Source: Euprymna scolopes
Taxonomy: Eukaryota
DNA length: 64,000 nt
Reading direction: 5' to 3' (one strand)
Assembly: GCA_053919585.1 (NCBI GenBank)
Contig: CM132799.1
In this document: one piece after another, positions 12,201 through 24,149 of the stretch
Layout of the letters: every line of letters begins with the position of its first letter
Numbering within the stretch: the stretch's first letter is position 1
The notes under the pieces: model-generated
What the model saw: only the letters and a program-made list of their open reading frames with translations
Database searches by the model: none
What the model was told of the DNA's origin: nothing
Translations under genes and position numbers: made by a program

Positions 12201-12785
12201 ATTTTATCGCCACTTCTCTTCCAAGCAATCGTATTTAAGCAGTGCAATTACCATCGTTACAATCTAGAGAGCGTGTCTGATCAATACTTGTCGCCCAGGC
12301 AGTGATTATTTTCTCTTCTTCTAATGTCTGGACCATGCACTTTGCTGTCATTTTTCAATATTTGTTTTGTTGTAAATTATTTTGCACAGGGCGTGAGATT
12401 GCCATCAATGTCCACGGAGCCGCCATTTGAAAGATATTCGTCAAAATATGATGTGAAAACAATTCAGTCAAGAAACAAATGTTAAACAGGCAACAGTTTG
12501 GTCAGACACGTGAAAACGGCGTTAATATTGGAATACTTGATAGTAATCATATGTGACTGTAAATCAATCATTTCAAAACAAAATTATCATCATGTGATAT
12601 CTACGTTGTTCAATATAAATTACGTGTAAAATATAATAGCTAATGAAACCCAGGTGACTGATAAATCTACACACACTCTCAGCACTACATATATAGGTGC
12701 GTTTAGGTGTGTTTTAAAATCAATGTTGGATAAAGATTGAGTTTTTGTTAAATTAATGAAATAAAAACACCCCCCACTCACACAC

Positions 12786-12848
<63 letters not shown>

Positions 12849-12880
12849 CTACGTTGATTAAGTTTTGTTGTGTGACCGTT

Positions 12881-12954
<74 letters not shown>

Positions 12955-12964
12955 CTGTACAGGT

Positions 12965-13352
12965 GCACACATGTGCCACGCGTCAGATGATAAAACGATC
13001 GCAGGATTTTCTTGTATGAGTGTTCCATCTCCTAGATCAGTTGCGAGCCAACACTAAAGGGCCTGATCCAACCTGGTAAGCTTTCTGTGCAGCTGTATTC
13101 CATACCATCTATTTGTTTGTCCTTGACTCTAACGGTTAGTTCAGACTAGTGAATATATTGCTTAGCGGTGCTGTACCAACACCGTCCCCTCACAAGGTTT
13201 GGCAGGCCTGCTGAGACCAGTACCCAGGGTATAGCTCTTGCAGCTAGCAAGTGAGAGATTTAGGTGAGGACCAGTGATCTCTGTCCACCCTATTAGGTGC
13301 AGCAGCCAGAGACTCAAATGTACTAGCTCTATCCAGAACACCCTATACCCCT
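12965..13352 (-). repeat. GC-richer interspersed repeat between (TA)n tracts, resembling an RTE-clade 5' UTR
   Basis: Minus strand ggatcaggccctttagtgttggctcgcaactgatctaggagatggaacactc resembles the motif I recall from RTE 5' UTRs (recollection, not a search); internal inverted repeat gggtatag/ctataccc. Confidence 0.4.
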
Positions 13353-13383
13353 ATATGATTATATATATACAAAATATATATGG

Positions 13384-13472
<89 letters not shown>

Positions 13473-15557
13473 CACTAATGTATTGAAATGAATTAGATTA
13501 CAAATTAGTAAATCTTAAGAAATAAACAATAACTTCTTAATTTTGTTTGGAAAATAGATTCTTTTAAGTGAAATCCTAACATATAAACTATAATGTTTAT
13601 TGGTTCCGTCTACTATTTTGATGAATTTTATTAGACGGTGATTACCTTATATGAATATTTCCTTCCGTTATTGTATATGAGTTAAAAGCACTACATTCAC
13701 CAACTTTTAACTTAATTCATTTCAATTCCTCAGATTTTATTAAACTCCTTTTTTTTAGATTCGTCGCTTTTATTCGACCCAAATATGTTATACAACGAAT
13801 ACATACTGCAATTCGCTAAACATGCACCTATCTATTCCAAGAAGGCATACATACAATAATCTGTACACGCTATGAACACGTGTTTTTTAGATGTCAGATA
13901 AAAAGTTTACTAATATGAGTTTAATACTACTAGTAAAAACAAAAAAAAATAAAGATATTTTACCCATAAACACTCACGAAGTATCCTCTAATTAATTTAA
14001 ACAAAGAAAAAAGAGAAGTTAAATGAACTGCAACTTAATTGAAAGCACAGTTTCATCCGTTGTATTAAATTGACCTTAAGAATTTTGAAAACATGATGAT
14101 GAATTTCGTCCAATAGATAAAAAAATATTAAATATACACACCTACTTGTTATGACTGGGAAATAAACACATTTGCCGCTAATGTTAAGAATTTTCCACGA
14201 TTTTTTTTCCGGATGATAAACTAAAATACTATAAATTTGACAACATTTTTTAAAAATTATGTATAAGGGATTAAATTAATCATATAAATTAGTCCTAAAT
14301 AAAATTTGATCGGATTTACATGGAAGCAAAAAACTTAGTAAAACTGATGAATATCCATGATTTTACTCACATTTTAACCAGAGTCACTCCTAGTTTCACC
14401 TTCAAATATTATAAACCCAACCCCCATGGCAATACTTCTATGAGCATTATTTATATTTCTAGTCAAGATATAGGATTAGTAAGCAAGAAAATTTTAGATA
14501 GAACAATATTTTCCATAAAGGATAAAGTTTGTTAAATCTGGGTCTGTTCTAACTTGTTGTTTAAATCTCAAAGAGAAGCATAGATAAAACGTCATTACCT
14601 TTTGTATAAAAAATTAATATCATTCAATTTCTCGACTACTCTACTACGACTATTTGCTAAAGGCATTCAAATATTTTGAATTTAGAATCAACATTGGCTC
14701 TATAAGCAAGACGGTCATTAAAAATTTGGATGGGAAATATTAGACAGGCAGAGAAAAACGTAACGATTTTGATATAATAACGGGTTCATCTCATTCTGCA
14801 CAAGTTACGGATCTAGTGGGATTATTCCGATTTAAAAGGTGACTCAACAAAGATGACGCATTATTTATAAGAACAGCCAGACAAAGTAAATACAAAAAGA
14901 AAATCAAAAACTAGCACGAATTTTTCTAAGAATTATGACCTGGCTATTGAAATTGGCCTGAATAAGATAATTTCTAATTTCTTGCACATATTCGTTATCT
15001 TCGGTATCGTGTACGTCTTATCATAGACCTAATTGTAAACTATTTCATGGCCACAAGCAATCTAATCACATATCTCTATAACTGACTCGAGGGTATTATC
15101 TATTTTGTAAGGACATATAATTTGTGAGCCTACAAAAGGTTTTAATTACCTACAATATGCCATTAAAGTCTAATAATGATAATATAAGACAACCTATTCA
15201 TATTAATAATACGACCTTCCCAAAGAAAACAATTTAAAACAAAAAATCAAACCAAATACAGAATATGAAAAATAGAAGAGAACATACCATTTGGTTGGAT
15301 ACACTTTTTTATTTTGAACAAAAACTAACATACTTGGTATTTTCTTTAGGAATGTGAAAAAAATGTTTGTAAGTGGCCACGTAAATACAGTAGATTAATA
15401 AACGAACCTCTATAAAATACTATACTCAACTATGCCGAATTTTACGAAAGCAACACTATCATTTAGTTATATGCAAATTAAAATGCTAAACCCTTTCTAT
15501 AAACAAATCACCGATAAGGAAATTTAACTCCGAGAATAAAGAGGAATATATATCGCG

Positions 15558-17956
15558 AACACACCCGTGTGCCGATAATACTGGTCAATATGCAAATCTC
15601 CTAGATATTTTTCTCTCAAATTCCACTGAGCTATGTTCATGTTCCGTTGATTCTCCTCGAGGATCCTCCGATCACTCCGTCGTATCAGTTAAAATAAAAA
15701 TGAAATGTTATAAGTCCCAGACGTACCCCTCCACCGTACTGTATACCGATACTATATGGCTGACTGGCATAGCTTCCTTACATTCATATCTAATTTACCA
15801 CTGCATTCAATGTTTAAAAAGGTTGTGCCCTCTATAGTATCAGATCTGACCGAATGGTTAATTGTAGGCATAGACCGATTCAACAATCTAAAAAATTCCA
15901 CAAAAACCTTACAGGCAGCCATGGTTCTCCCCAGAATGTGCTGCTGCTATCGCGCACAGAAATCACTTTTTCTATAACTTCCAACGAAATAGATGCACTG
16001 AGCCTAAAGCTGTTTTATGGAACGCCAGCAACCACTGTAAAAGAGTAATAAATTATGCAAGATAGCTATACGCCCAGTCTGTCAAATACAAAGTAGCTGA
16101 TCAACGGCTTGGTTCCCACCAGTTTTGGCAAATAACAAATAGGATCCTGAACAGAAGTGTGCGTTCTATCCCAACCATTATCAATGGACCAGAGGACATC
16201 TCGTCAGCATCGGACAAGGCCAGACTATTTGCAAAAAAATTTGCAGCTAATTCTACCCTATGCGACGAAGGCCATCAACTCCCCAGATTTCCTCCTATAA
16301 CATAGAACACGCTAGGTAACATACAAATATCTGTGCAGGCGGTCGCCAAGCTAATCAAAGACCTTGATTCCAGTAAAGCAACTTGCCCTGACGGAATCCC
16401 GATTATAGTGTTAAAAAGCTTCAACCAGAACTTGCTCCCATACTTACGAAACTGTTTAAGCATTGCTTAAGGAGAAGTGTTTTCCGACTCCCTGGAAACC
16501 TCATCAGTTTGCACTGTATTTAAGAATTCATGTGATAAGTCATCTCCCTCTACGTACATACCATTAAGTCTCCTGTGTGTGATGAGTAAGTTGCTGGAAT
16601 CCACATTAAATGGAGAAATAGTCAACCACCTCAGCAGAAATAACGTTCTTAGTGAGACACAATATGGTTTCCGCTCTGCAAGATCTACCGCAGATGTGCT
16701 AACAGCTATATATCACAGGATTAGTGAATCTCTTGACAAAGGCTTCCTTTCTAGGGCAATTGCTCTTGACATATCAAAGGCCTTCGACAAGGTATGTCAT
16801 AAGGGCCTACTTCACAAGATTTCCAGCTACGGTATAACTGGAAACGTTTTCTCAATCATTAAATCATATCTATCTGATAGGCTCATAAGAGTAGTGGCCG
16901 ATGCACAAAAGTCAGAGGCCTGCAGTATTAATGCTGGAGTCCCTCAAGGGTCAATACTGGACCCCATTTTCTTCCTGATCTACATCAATGATCTCTCTAA
17001 GCACATACTTAAATCATTGGTTGACCTCTATGCTTATGACACGACTATCTAAAGCAACGCATCAAAGGCTGTAAATGACAAAGTTATCTCTGATTCTTTC
17101 TCCTATGATCTCGAGCGCGTGCTTCAGTGGCGGAAGGCGTGGCTGGTTGCATCTAAAACCAAAATCCTATCTTTACATCATCAACGCTCTGATCCCCATC
17201 TGGCATCAATTGAAATGGATGGCTCTCGTCTAGGAGAAGCCCCATCTTTTGACAAGCTTCTAGATTTGTCTTTTACTCCTGATATGAAATGGAACACGTA
17301 CATCAAGTCTGTTGGCAAGGTCGCTGGAAAGATGGTGGGATACTTCTACCGCTCCAGAAGATATCTCACTACTGATCCAATTCTCTATCTATATAAAAGC
17401 CAAGTACGTCTAAGGATGGAATACTGTTGCCATATCTGGGTAGGAGCCGCTAAAAACAGCCTATCCTGGCTTAACATAGTACAAAATAGTCTTCCTGGGT
17501 TAATGGTGGAATCCGTTTTCTCTACACTGCAACCTCTCTCTCACAGAAGAGACGTTGCGAGCCTATCATTGTTTTATCGTTATTTTCATGGCAGGTGCTC
17601 GTCTGAACTCCAATCTTTGGTTCCCCCTCGCCAATCTGTCACGAAAAACACCCGTCTAGCTGAATCCAATGTGAAACATTTCCCCCACTCTTTGTCTTTG
17701 CCTAAATCAAAACGTAGATTCCATGAACAACGCTTCTTTCTTAGAACTGCACGCTTGTAGAACTCTGTTCCGTCTGCTAGCTTCCGACCTTACTACAAAT
17801 GAGATGCCGTCAAGTCCAACGTTTACAAATTCCTAATGAACGGCTCCCTTAAGTAAACACTTCATTAAATTCCCACACTAACGTACTGTACTTGCAATAA
17901 CCCTTATCCCTTAGTCGCTCCCGGGCCTTGATAGGTTGTGACCACCGTATAAAAAA

Positions 17957-17957
<1 letters not shown>
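15558..17957 (+). mobile_element. Decayed 5'-truncated CR1/L2-group LINE (APE end + RT)
   Basis: GQYANLLDIFL..GSSDHSVV; [62 protein letters not shown]; short 3' UTR, A-tail, then (TA)n. Confidence 0.95.
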
Positions 17958-18032
<75 letters not shown>

Positions 18033-18379
18033 TCTTTATAAGAACTGTATACACAACGACGTTGTCTGCGCTTACCCAGTGACACAATACCGATACAAAA
18101 AAACGATTGACACGTACATATTTGCAAGTTCTAATCCGAAAAAAGGAGATATCTCGAACCATATATATTCATTAAAAAAAGAAAATACACACAATTTATG
18201 AACGAACTTCTTTAATAAACTTAATTTAAAACCCTGCACCAAAGAAAATTCCTTATATAATTTAATGGAGTATACTGAAAAAAGCTTAATCGTACACACC
18301 ATTTTTAATTAGTGTATATGTGAAGCAGTTAACATTGATTGAGATTGTCGGACTGACTTCCTCATCTTGGTTGTTATTG

Positions 18380-18423
18380 TCACAACGTTTCGGCCGTTTT
18401 GCCCTCCGGCCTTCGTCAGGTGA
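18380..18423 (-). ncRNA. Minimal PLE-type hammerhead ribozyme (left pLTR)
   Basis: TCAC-CTGACGA-A-GGCCG..CGGCC-GAAAC-GTT-GTGA; palindromic ACGT stem III. Confidence 0.88.
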
Positions 18424-18545
18424 ACCGTTTGTTAGGAGTCTCGAACCCAACCCTTTATTATTATTACGGAGGTACCGTGTTCGGCATCCAGCTAGGCTTT
18501 GGGACATAGTTGCTGATTCTCTGTTTTTCAATGTTACTTTTTAAC

Positions 18546-18628
18546 TGCCTTCGTTCAGGATTGAACTCAGCACCTTCGGGTAACTGTGAACTTTGATACA
18601 ACGTCTAGGACCACTCGGGCATATGTCA
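18546..18628 (-). promoter_or_regulatory. tRNA(Leu)-like sequence (Pol III A/B boxes) in the PLE 3' UTR/pLTR
   Basis: Minus strand gacatatgcccgagtggtcctagacgttgtatcaaagttcacagttacccgaaggtgctgagttcaatcctgaacgaaggca: A-box TGCCCGAGTGG, long variable region, B-box GAGTTCAATCC. Confidence 0.65.
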
Positions 18629-18679
18629 TTAGGACAATTCTTAGTTGGTTTTTGTTAATGTTAAACCTATATTGTTATT

Positions 18680-18868
18680 CAAGGTTTTCTCTCTCTATCA
18701 GAGGTGTCCAAATTGCATTCAGCTCTATGCTTGGTTTGCTCAGTAGGTTGTTATGTCCGAGCATGTTAGCTGTTTCTTAAAGTTTTCTCACTTTCCAGTG
18801 GGTATCTCTGTTTATTATTTTTACTTCATCCCATAGGGGGCGATGTTCCCCGGTCTCCATCCAGACAT
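18680..18868 (-). pseudogene. Inverted C-terminal half of the PLE GIY-YIG endonuclease
   Basis: Minus strand translates as (H)VWMETGEHRPLWDEVKIINRDTHWKVRKL*ETANMLGHNNLLSKPSIELNAIWTPLIERENLE*, continuing GIAN at 19910. Confidence 0.85.
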
Positions 18869-19910
18869 CAAGGGAGCACCCATCAGTACAAACCAAATGG
18901 TAAGCCTAGATGTAGTTAGCCTGTTCACTGATGTCCCAACTAGTGAGGCACTAGCAGTAATTCAAGACAAACTAGCTGCGGACTTTTCCATAGAAGAGCG
19001 CACATGTGTATCATTGCCCAACTTAATGGAAATGCTGACATTCTGCATAGAAACAACCTACTTCAAAATGGGTACTGACCTATATCGACAAGAGGAGGGA
19101 CTAGCTATGGGCTTGCCATTATCACCAGTGATGGCGAACATATACATGGAATACTTCGAAGACATGGCCTTAGGTTCAGCTCCCTTAAAGCTCACCATGT
19201 GGCTAAGATACGTTGATGACACCTTCATACTCTGGTCCCATCAGGAAGACATCCAGACTCTCCTAGACCATGTGAACTCAATAAGACCATCGATGCAGTT
19301 CACAATGGAGAAAGAAAAAGATAACCAACTGGCCTTCCTTGATATACTCATATCACGCACAGAGCATGGGTTTAAGACATCCGTATATCGCAAGCCTACC
19401 TTCACCGGGCAATACCTAAACTTCAACTCCCATCACTCATACAATATCAAACATGGAATCGCACGCTGCTTACAACATCGAGCAGAGACAATAAGTAGCG
19501 ACACCATTACATACTACCAAGAAATGACCGGGTTGAAGAATACCCTCCGTCGTAACAACTCCCCCGATAGCATACTATCCACCAGACGTGTTAATAGAGG
19601 GGAATGAAACCCAAAAACCTCCAACGGTCTGCCTACCATACATACGAGGCATTTCCGAAAAGATTCAGAGAATATGTGCCACTTACAACATCAGGATGGT
19701 ATTCAAAAGCGAGTCAACACTCAGACAACACCTGGCACGAGTGAAGCCCCGCATGGATGAGAACATGACCAAAAACTGCATATACTCCATCCCATGCAGT
19801 TGCAGAAAGGTTTACAAGGGTGAAACATACCACCCCCTTAAAGTAAGGGTTGAAGAACACCGAAAAGCGGTAACTAAAGGGGAGACGGACAAATCGGGTA
19901 TAGCCAACCA
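18869..19910 (+). pseudogene. PLE reverse transcriptase (partial) and N-terminal half of the GIY-YIG endonuclease, frameshifted
   Basis: SLDVVSLFT, GLAMGLPLSPVMANIYME, WLRYVDDTF, AFLDILI, VYRKPT; KNCIYSIPCSCRKVYKGET..RVEEHRKA. Confidence 0.93.
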
Positions 19911-20041
19911 AAGAAGGCAGTGAAAAAGTAACATTGAAAAACAGAGAATCAGCAACTATGTCCCAAAGCCTAGCTGGAGTCCGAACACGGTACCCCCGTA
20001 ATAATAATAAAGGGTTGGGTTCGAGACTCCTAACAAACGAT

Positions 20042-20085
20042 TCACCTGATGAAGGCCGGAGGGCAAACCGGCCGAAACGTCGTGA
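20042..20085 (+). ncRNA. Minimal PLE-type hammerhead ribozyme (right pLTR)
   Basis: TCAC-CTGATGA-A-GGCCGG agggcaaa CCGGCC-GAAAC-GTC^-GTGA. Confidence 0.9.
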
Positions 20086-20726
20086 CAATAAGAACTAAGA
20101 TGAGGAAGTCAGTCCGACAATCTCAATCAATGAAAACACCTCATCTCAAAAATACAGACAATTACTGAAGCAGTTAAAATCATAACTTTCCTTAAACCTG
20201 TAAAAAGTATTAAAAACGAGTTGGTATCTAGATTCAAACACAAGAAAATTAAAAATAGCCAATTTGATATAGTACCGATAATTTAACAAATTTAACATTA
20301 AACAATAAATAATTTAACATTACATGTTACTATATAGACAATGCACTAAACTCACATTTCGTCTTATGAATAATTTACTATATAACATATTTAAAATATT
20401 TATAATAGTGGACGGTGTTACTGATATTTAGTTTATATTTTAATATCCCGCAGTGTATTTTTTACAGATTACAAAACAAATTGACACTTTACATCAAGAA
20501 ACTTCTAATGCCATATCATTCTCTATTTAAAGTTCAATATTAATTAATAACTCAATTTATTTTACCCCTAAAATACAGCTGATATAATTCCAACTAATAA
20601 CTCAAACATTTTAGAAAGTATTACATATTTAATAATAATCAGCAGGCCATTTTCGTCGGAAATTACAAACTCCTTGAAAACAATAAACAATAACGCGGAC
20701 CCGCAAAAAATGTATTGCATGCGTGC

Positions 20727-21370
20727 AATGCCCCTGACCCACTTCCAGTTGTCTGATCTAGCTGAAATTTTGCATGAGCAATGATATATATTCCAGCGTT
20801 ATGTGGAAAATTACAGCTCTTAACTAATTGCGGTTTCTGTTTTACAGGTGTTTAAACTGAGTCAGATGTAAATGGAGCCTGTTGAATGTCGAGCAGTGAT
20901 CCGGTTTTTGTATTTGAAAGGACGCCCACAACAGGAGACTTTTGATGAAATGAAAGAAACTGATGGTGATAATGCTCCATCATATGACCTTGTAAAACGC
21001 TGGCATTGTGTATTCAAACATCACCGGAAGTTTGTGAAAACAGCTCCTAGACCTGGTGGTCCTTCTTCTGCCATTGATGAGGCATATGTGCGTTAAGTTG
21101 AGGTTGCTATTTTGAAAGATTGGCAGATCACTATTCGCCAAAAAACCCAAAATATCATGATTAGTACAGGGTCTGTGGAAACTATCATTCCTGACCGTTG
21201 GCATATGCATAAGGTGCCTGCCGGATGAATTCCCAGGTTTCTCACACAATTCCAGAAGCGAGAACGCGTCGAGTGCTCGAGGATAAATTTGGAGATGTGC
21301 CAAGAAGAGGTGCCAAGGTTTTTCAATAGACCGATTACACAGGATGAAACCTGGGCCCATCACTATGATT
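20727..21370 (+). mobile_element. Truncated mariner (DD34D) copy, same family as 40753-42008
   Basis: Partial TIR aatgcccctgacccacttcc; MEPVECRAVIRFLYLKG..VKRWH..PRPGGP; breaks off after ITQDETWAHHYD. Confidence 0.9.
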
Positions 21371-21869
21371 CAATTAAATCCAAAAATTATGCCAAACATT
21401 TGCTTCATTATGAAAATTAATCTCCCTAAAAGATCATAGAAAATTCATTTTGAAGCAATTTACCCTTCACTATGAGACTCAGTAACACCCCTGTGTTTTT
21501 TTTTCATTATTTCATTATTTTAAAAATTCAGTGTACATGTAAAGTTATTTAATTGATTCTAAAACATCATTTCTTCTTTTAGACTATTATCAAGGTCATT
21601 TCGAATTCAGAAACTTTTCACGTTAATAAACTTTTTTTTTCAAAATAATTAGTTTATAATTTAAAAACAACTCTTTCCCTAAAATCACTCGCAAATATTA
21701 TTTCGAATTAATAAACTCCCGCCACACTTGGGAGTTACATTAGTCTAGGGCAAACATTTTGTCAAATCCAAGTTAAGAGAAACCACCCTTGAAAATGCAC
21801 GTTCGAAATTACAAATCTATTTGAATCGATCACCCGTTAACAAACCAACTATTTCAACCGATTGTTAAA

Positions 21870-22280
21870 CTGGAACTAGATATTAGGAAAGGAGATATTA
21901 CAAGGGAGTAACTTCAAGCTGCACTAAAAAGAAGACGAAACTCGTAAAGCTAAAGGTTTATATATTATTTCTATGAAAGTCTGGACGACATGTGGTTTTA
22001 ATGGCGTACTTATTGATTAATGCACCGGTGTATATAATAAAGAGGTCATCCATGTGTTTGTAACGTGATGCATACTGCTCTGCTACCAAAATGTAACCTA
22101 TGCAAGGAAAGACACTACAAAGGAATAACTCACTTCAATTCCAATAGTCTCTCTCCAATTGAAAAGAAAAACTACACATCCATGCTCCAAAACCGTATCC
22201 AAAGAAAGTTCGAAACGGTTTTCAAAAAGTACCAGGAATTAGTAAAGAAGAATCAATCTACTACTGGTATGTTACCAAAC
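21870..22280 (+). mobile_element. Degenerate RTE-clade LINE RT fragment
   Basis: DIRKGDITRE.LQAALK..KAKGL..KVW..; HYKGIT..NYTSMLQNRIQRKFETVFKKYQELVKKNQSTTG resembles NYRGITL..LLNRI..NQNGFR..RSTT. Confidence 0.65.
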
Positions 22281-23204
22281 CACGTGTGATGGTAGAAATT
22301 TACCGAATTTAAAAAAAACACCGAGTTGCACCTTTTTTATAATGTGAGCAATACCGGGCAATTTCCGATTGCCCAGCTGATTCCATTTTTGGGAGGTTAT
22401 TCTTCAACCAAAAGAAAAGACAAACGGCTTCAGCTAAGCAGATTTTAGTATTGATAGTAATATTTTCCTATTAATATCATAACATGTGTATGATTTTCTG
22501 CGTTACGATTACATCCGCGTCTTATATGTTGTGTATATTTCTATTTTTGTCATAAATAATTTTCCATGAATTCTGCATGAGAATCAGTTTCGATTTCGAT
22601 TATAGCTGATTCCACTTAAGTCATCTATTTTTTATAAATAATTTTATCGAGAATTCTTCACAGGCTGTACTTTCGATGTAGAATATAACTGATGGAACCC
22701 TAGTAATGTATGGTTTATACATATTTTTATCAAGACTTCTTTATAAGTTTTGGACTTGGTTTCGATTATGGATGACTGGAACTCTCCATATTTAAGAGTA
22801 TTACGATCGGGCTTTGCCGGGCCTTTGTGCTAGCTTAGATAAATACTTTCGCATTTTTAACGAAAAAGCTACAATAATATAACAGCGTCTCCATCTACAC
22901 TGAGAATCTACAGAATTCCCACGTCAATATATTACATATGAATGAGTTCCTGTGGAACTTCCACAGGTTCTGTTAGTTAACTAATAATAAGGTTTTGTGA
23001 AGTAACACATTGCATGGCGTATGCTAGTATATATAATTGTTTGTCTAAACTTGGGAATTCGTGTACTCGAGATCATTCCAAAGTGTAAGCAAATTTTGAT
23101 AGAATATTAATTACTTAATTTGCACAAGTAATTTTACCATATTGGCAAATCCTGCGAATTCGATTTTGACGATACTTAGCGGGATTGGCTGAATGAAACG
23201 TAAG

Positions 23205-23340
23205 ACTCACCGCGCTACCCTTCTTGAAAAAGGTGTGCAGAAGCAAATTCTAACAGTTGTGTACATTTGAGAGCAGTTGCTGTAAGGAATACAGTCTGAG
23301 CGCCCCCCCCAACTAACGCTCTACCGCCCGCGCCCACCAA
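23205..23340 (-). promoter_or_regulatory. Possible Pol II promoter and short first exon of a host transcript
   Basis: Minus strand: GC box GGGCGG, G-run, Inr-like TCAGAC (~23298), about 88 nt, then consensus donor CG|GTGAGT at 23211/23210; local GC-rich patch in AT-rich DNA. Confidence 0.3.
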
Positions 23341-24149
23341 CCGAAAAATATATTGTTTTTGTTATGTATTCATTTTTCCATGTTTTTATCATCGACATCG
23401 TAAGAAACATCATTAAGTCCTAGCGTCTTTAAGAGCAATATTACAGAATGAACATTTTAACAGAAGACAGCGACTAAGGTCTGTCAAGTACACGTGTCTT
23501 TTCATTTCACATCCGAACACACACACACACACGCACACACACACATATATATCCATGAATATACATACTTCAGAACAATTTTTTTATTTAAAAATGTGTT
23601 GGTATGGAAATCTGTGATTATAAGATTTACAAAATGTTACTGGCGGTAATATTCTATAAATTGTCCCATCGAAATAAGAATTGCTCGATGGAATGTTCAT
23701 TTTCTAAAGATAGGTTTTAATCACCTCTTCTAACCCATATAATAACTTTCTCTTATTATTGATGTGCATGTTAAGAAATGGCTTACTATAAGCACATTAA
23801 TATAACACACTTTAATTTCTTACACGTAATTTTAACTCTGAGATCGTGTTAGAATAGTATTTCGAAAAACATGTAGCTTCCCAATTAGAGAATTTATAAT
23901 TTCGTCCCTATCTACTAACCAGAAAAGTAAGCATTCTCCATTGCAATTTCCAAATTGGTAATTTCCAAATCAGCACATATAAACAAGAAAATAATTATAC
24001 TCAATGATGCGTCATCCCTGTTGGTACTAAAATAATTCAATTCAATAGCCATAGTTACAGAACCTTACTCTTCTCATCTTCTTAATGCTAATTAGAAGTG
24101 TAGGGGCTAAAATTGGTATTCTTTTTTATGATAATCGTAGTTATGTTAC

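Larger units (their letters stand above)
18333..20165. mobile_element. Penelope-like element (RT + GIY-YIG), internally inverted, with a pLTR 3' end facing outward on each side and a 12-bp TSD
   Basis: TGAAGCAGTTAA at 18321-18332 and 20166-20177; 18333-18552 is an inverted repeat of ~19913-20132; HHR in both copies. Confidence 0.93.

Noticed and set aside
18843-18868. ATG start of the PLE RT ORF (MFPGLHPD)
   Set aside because: These codons are the antisense of the inverted GIY-YIG segment, a junction artefact
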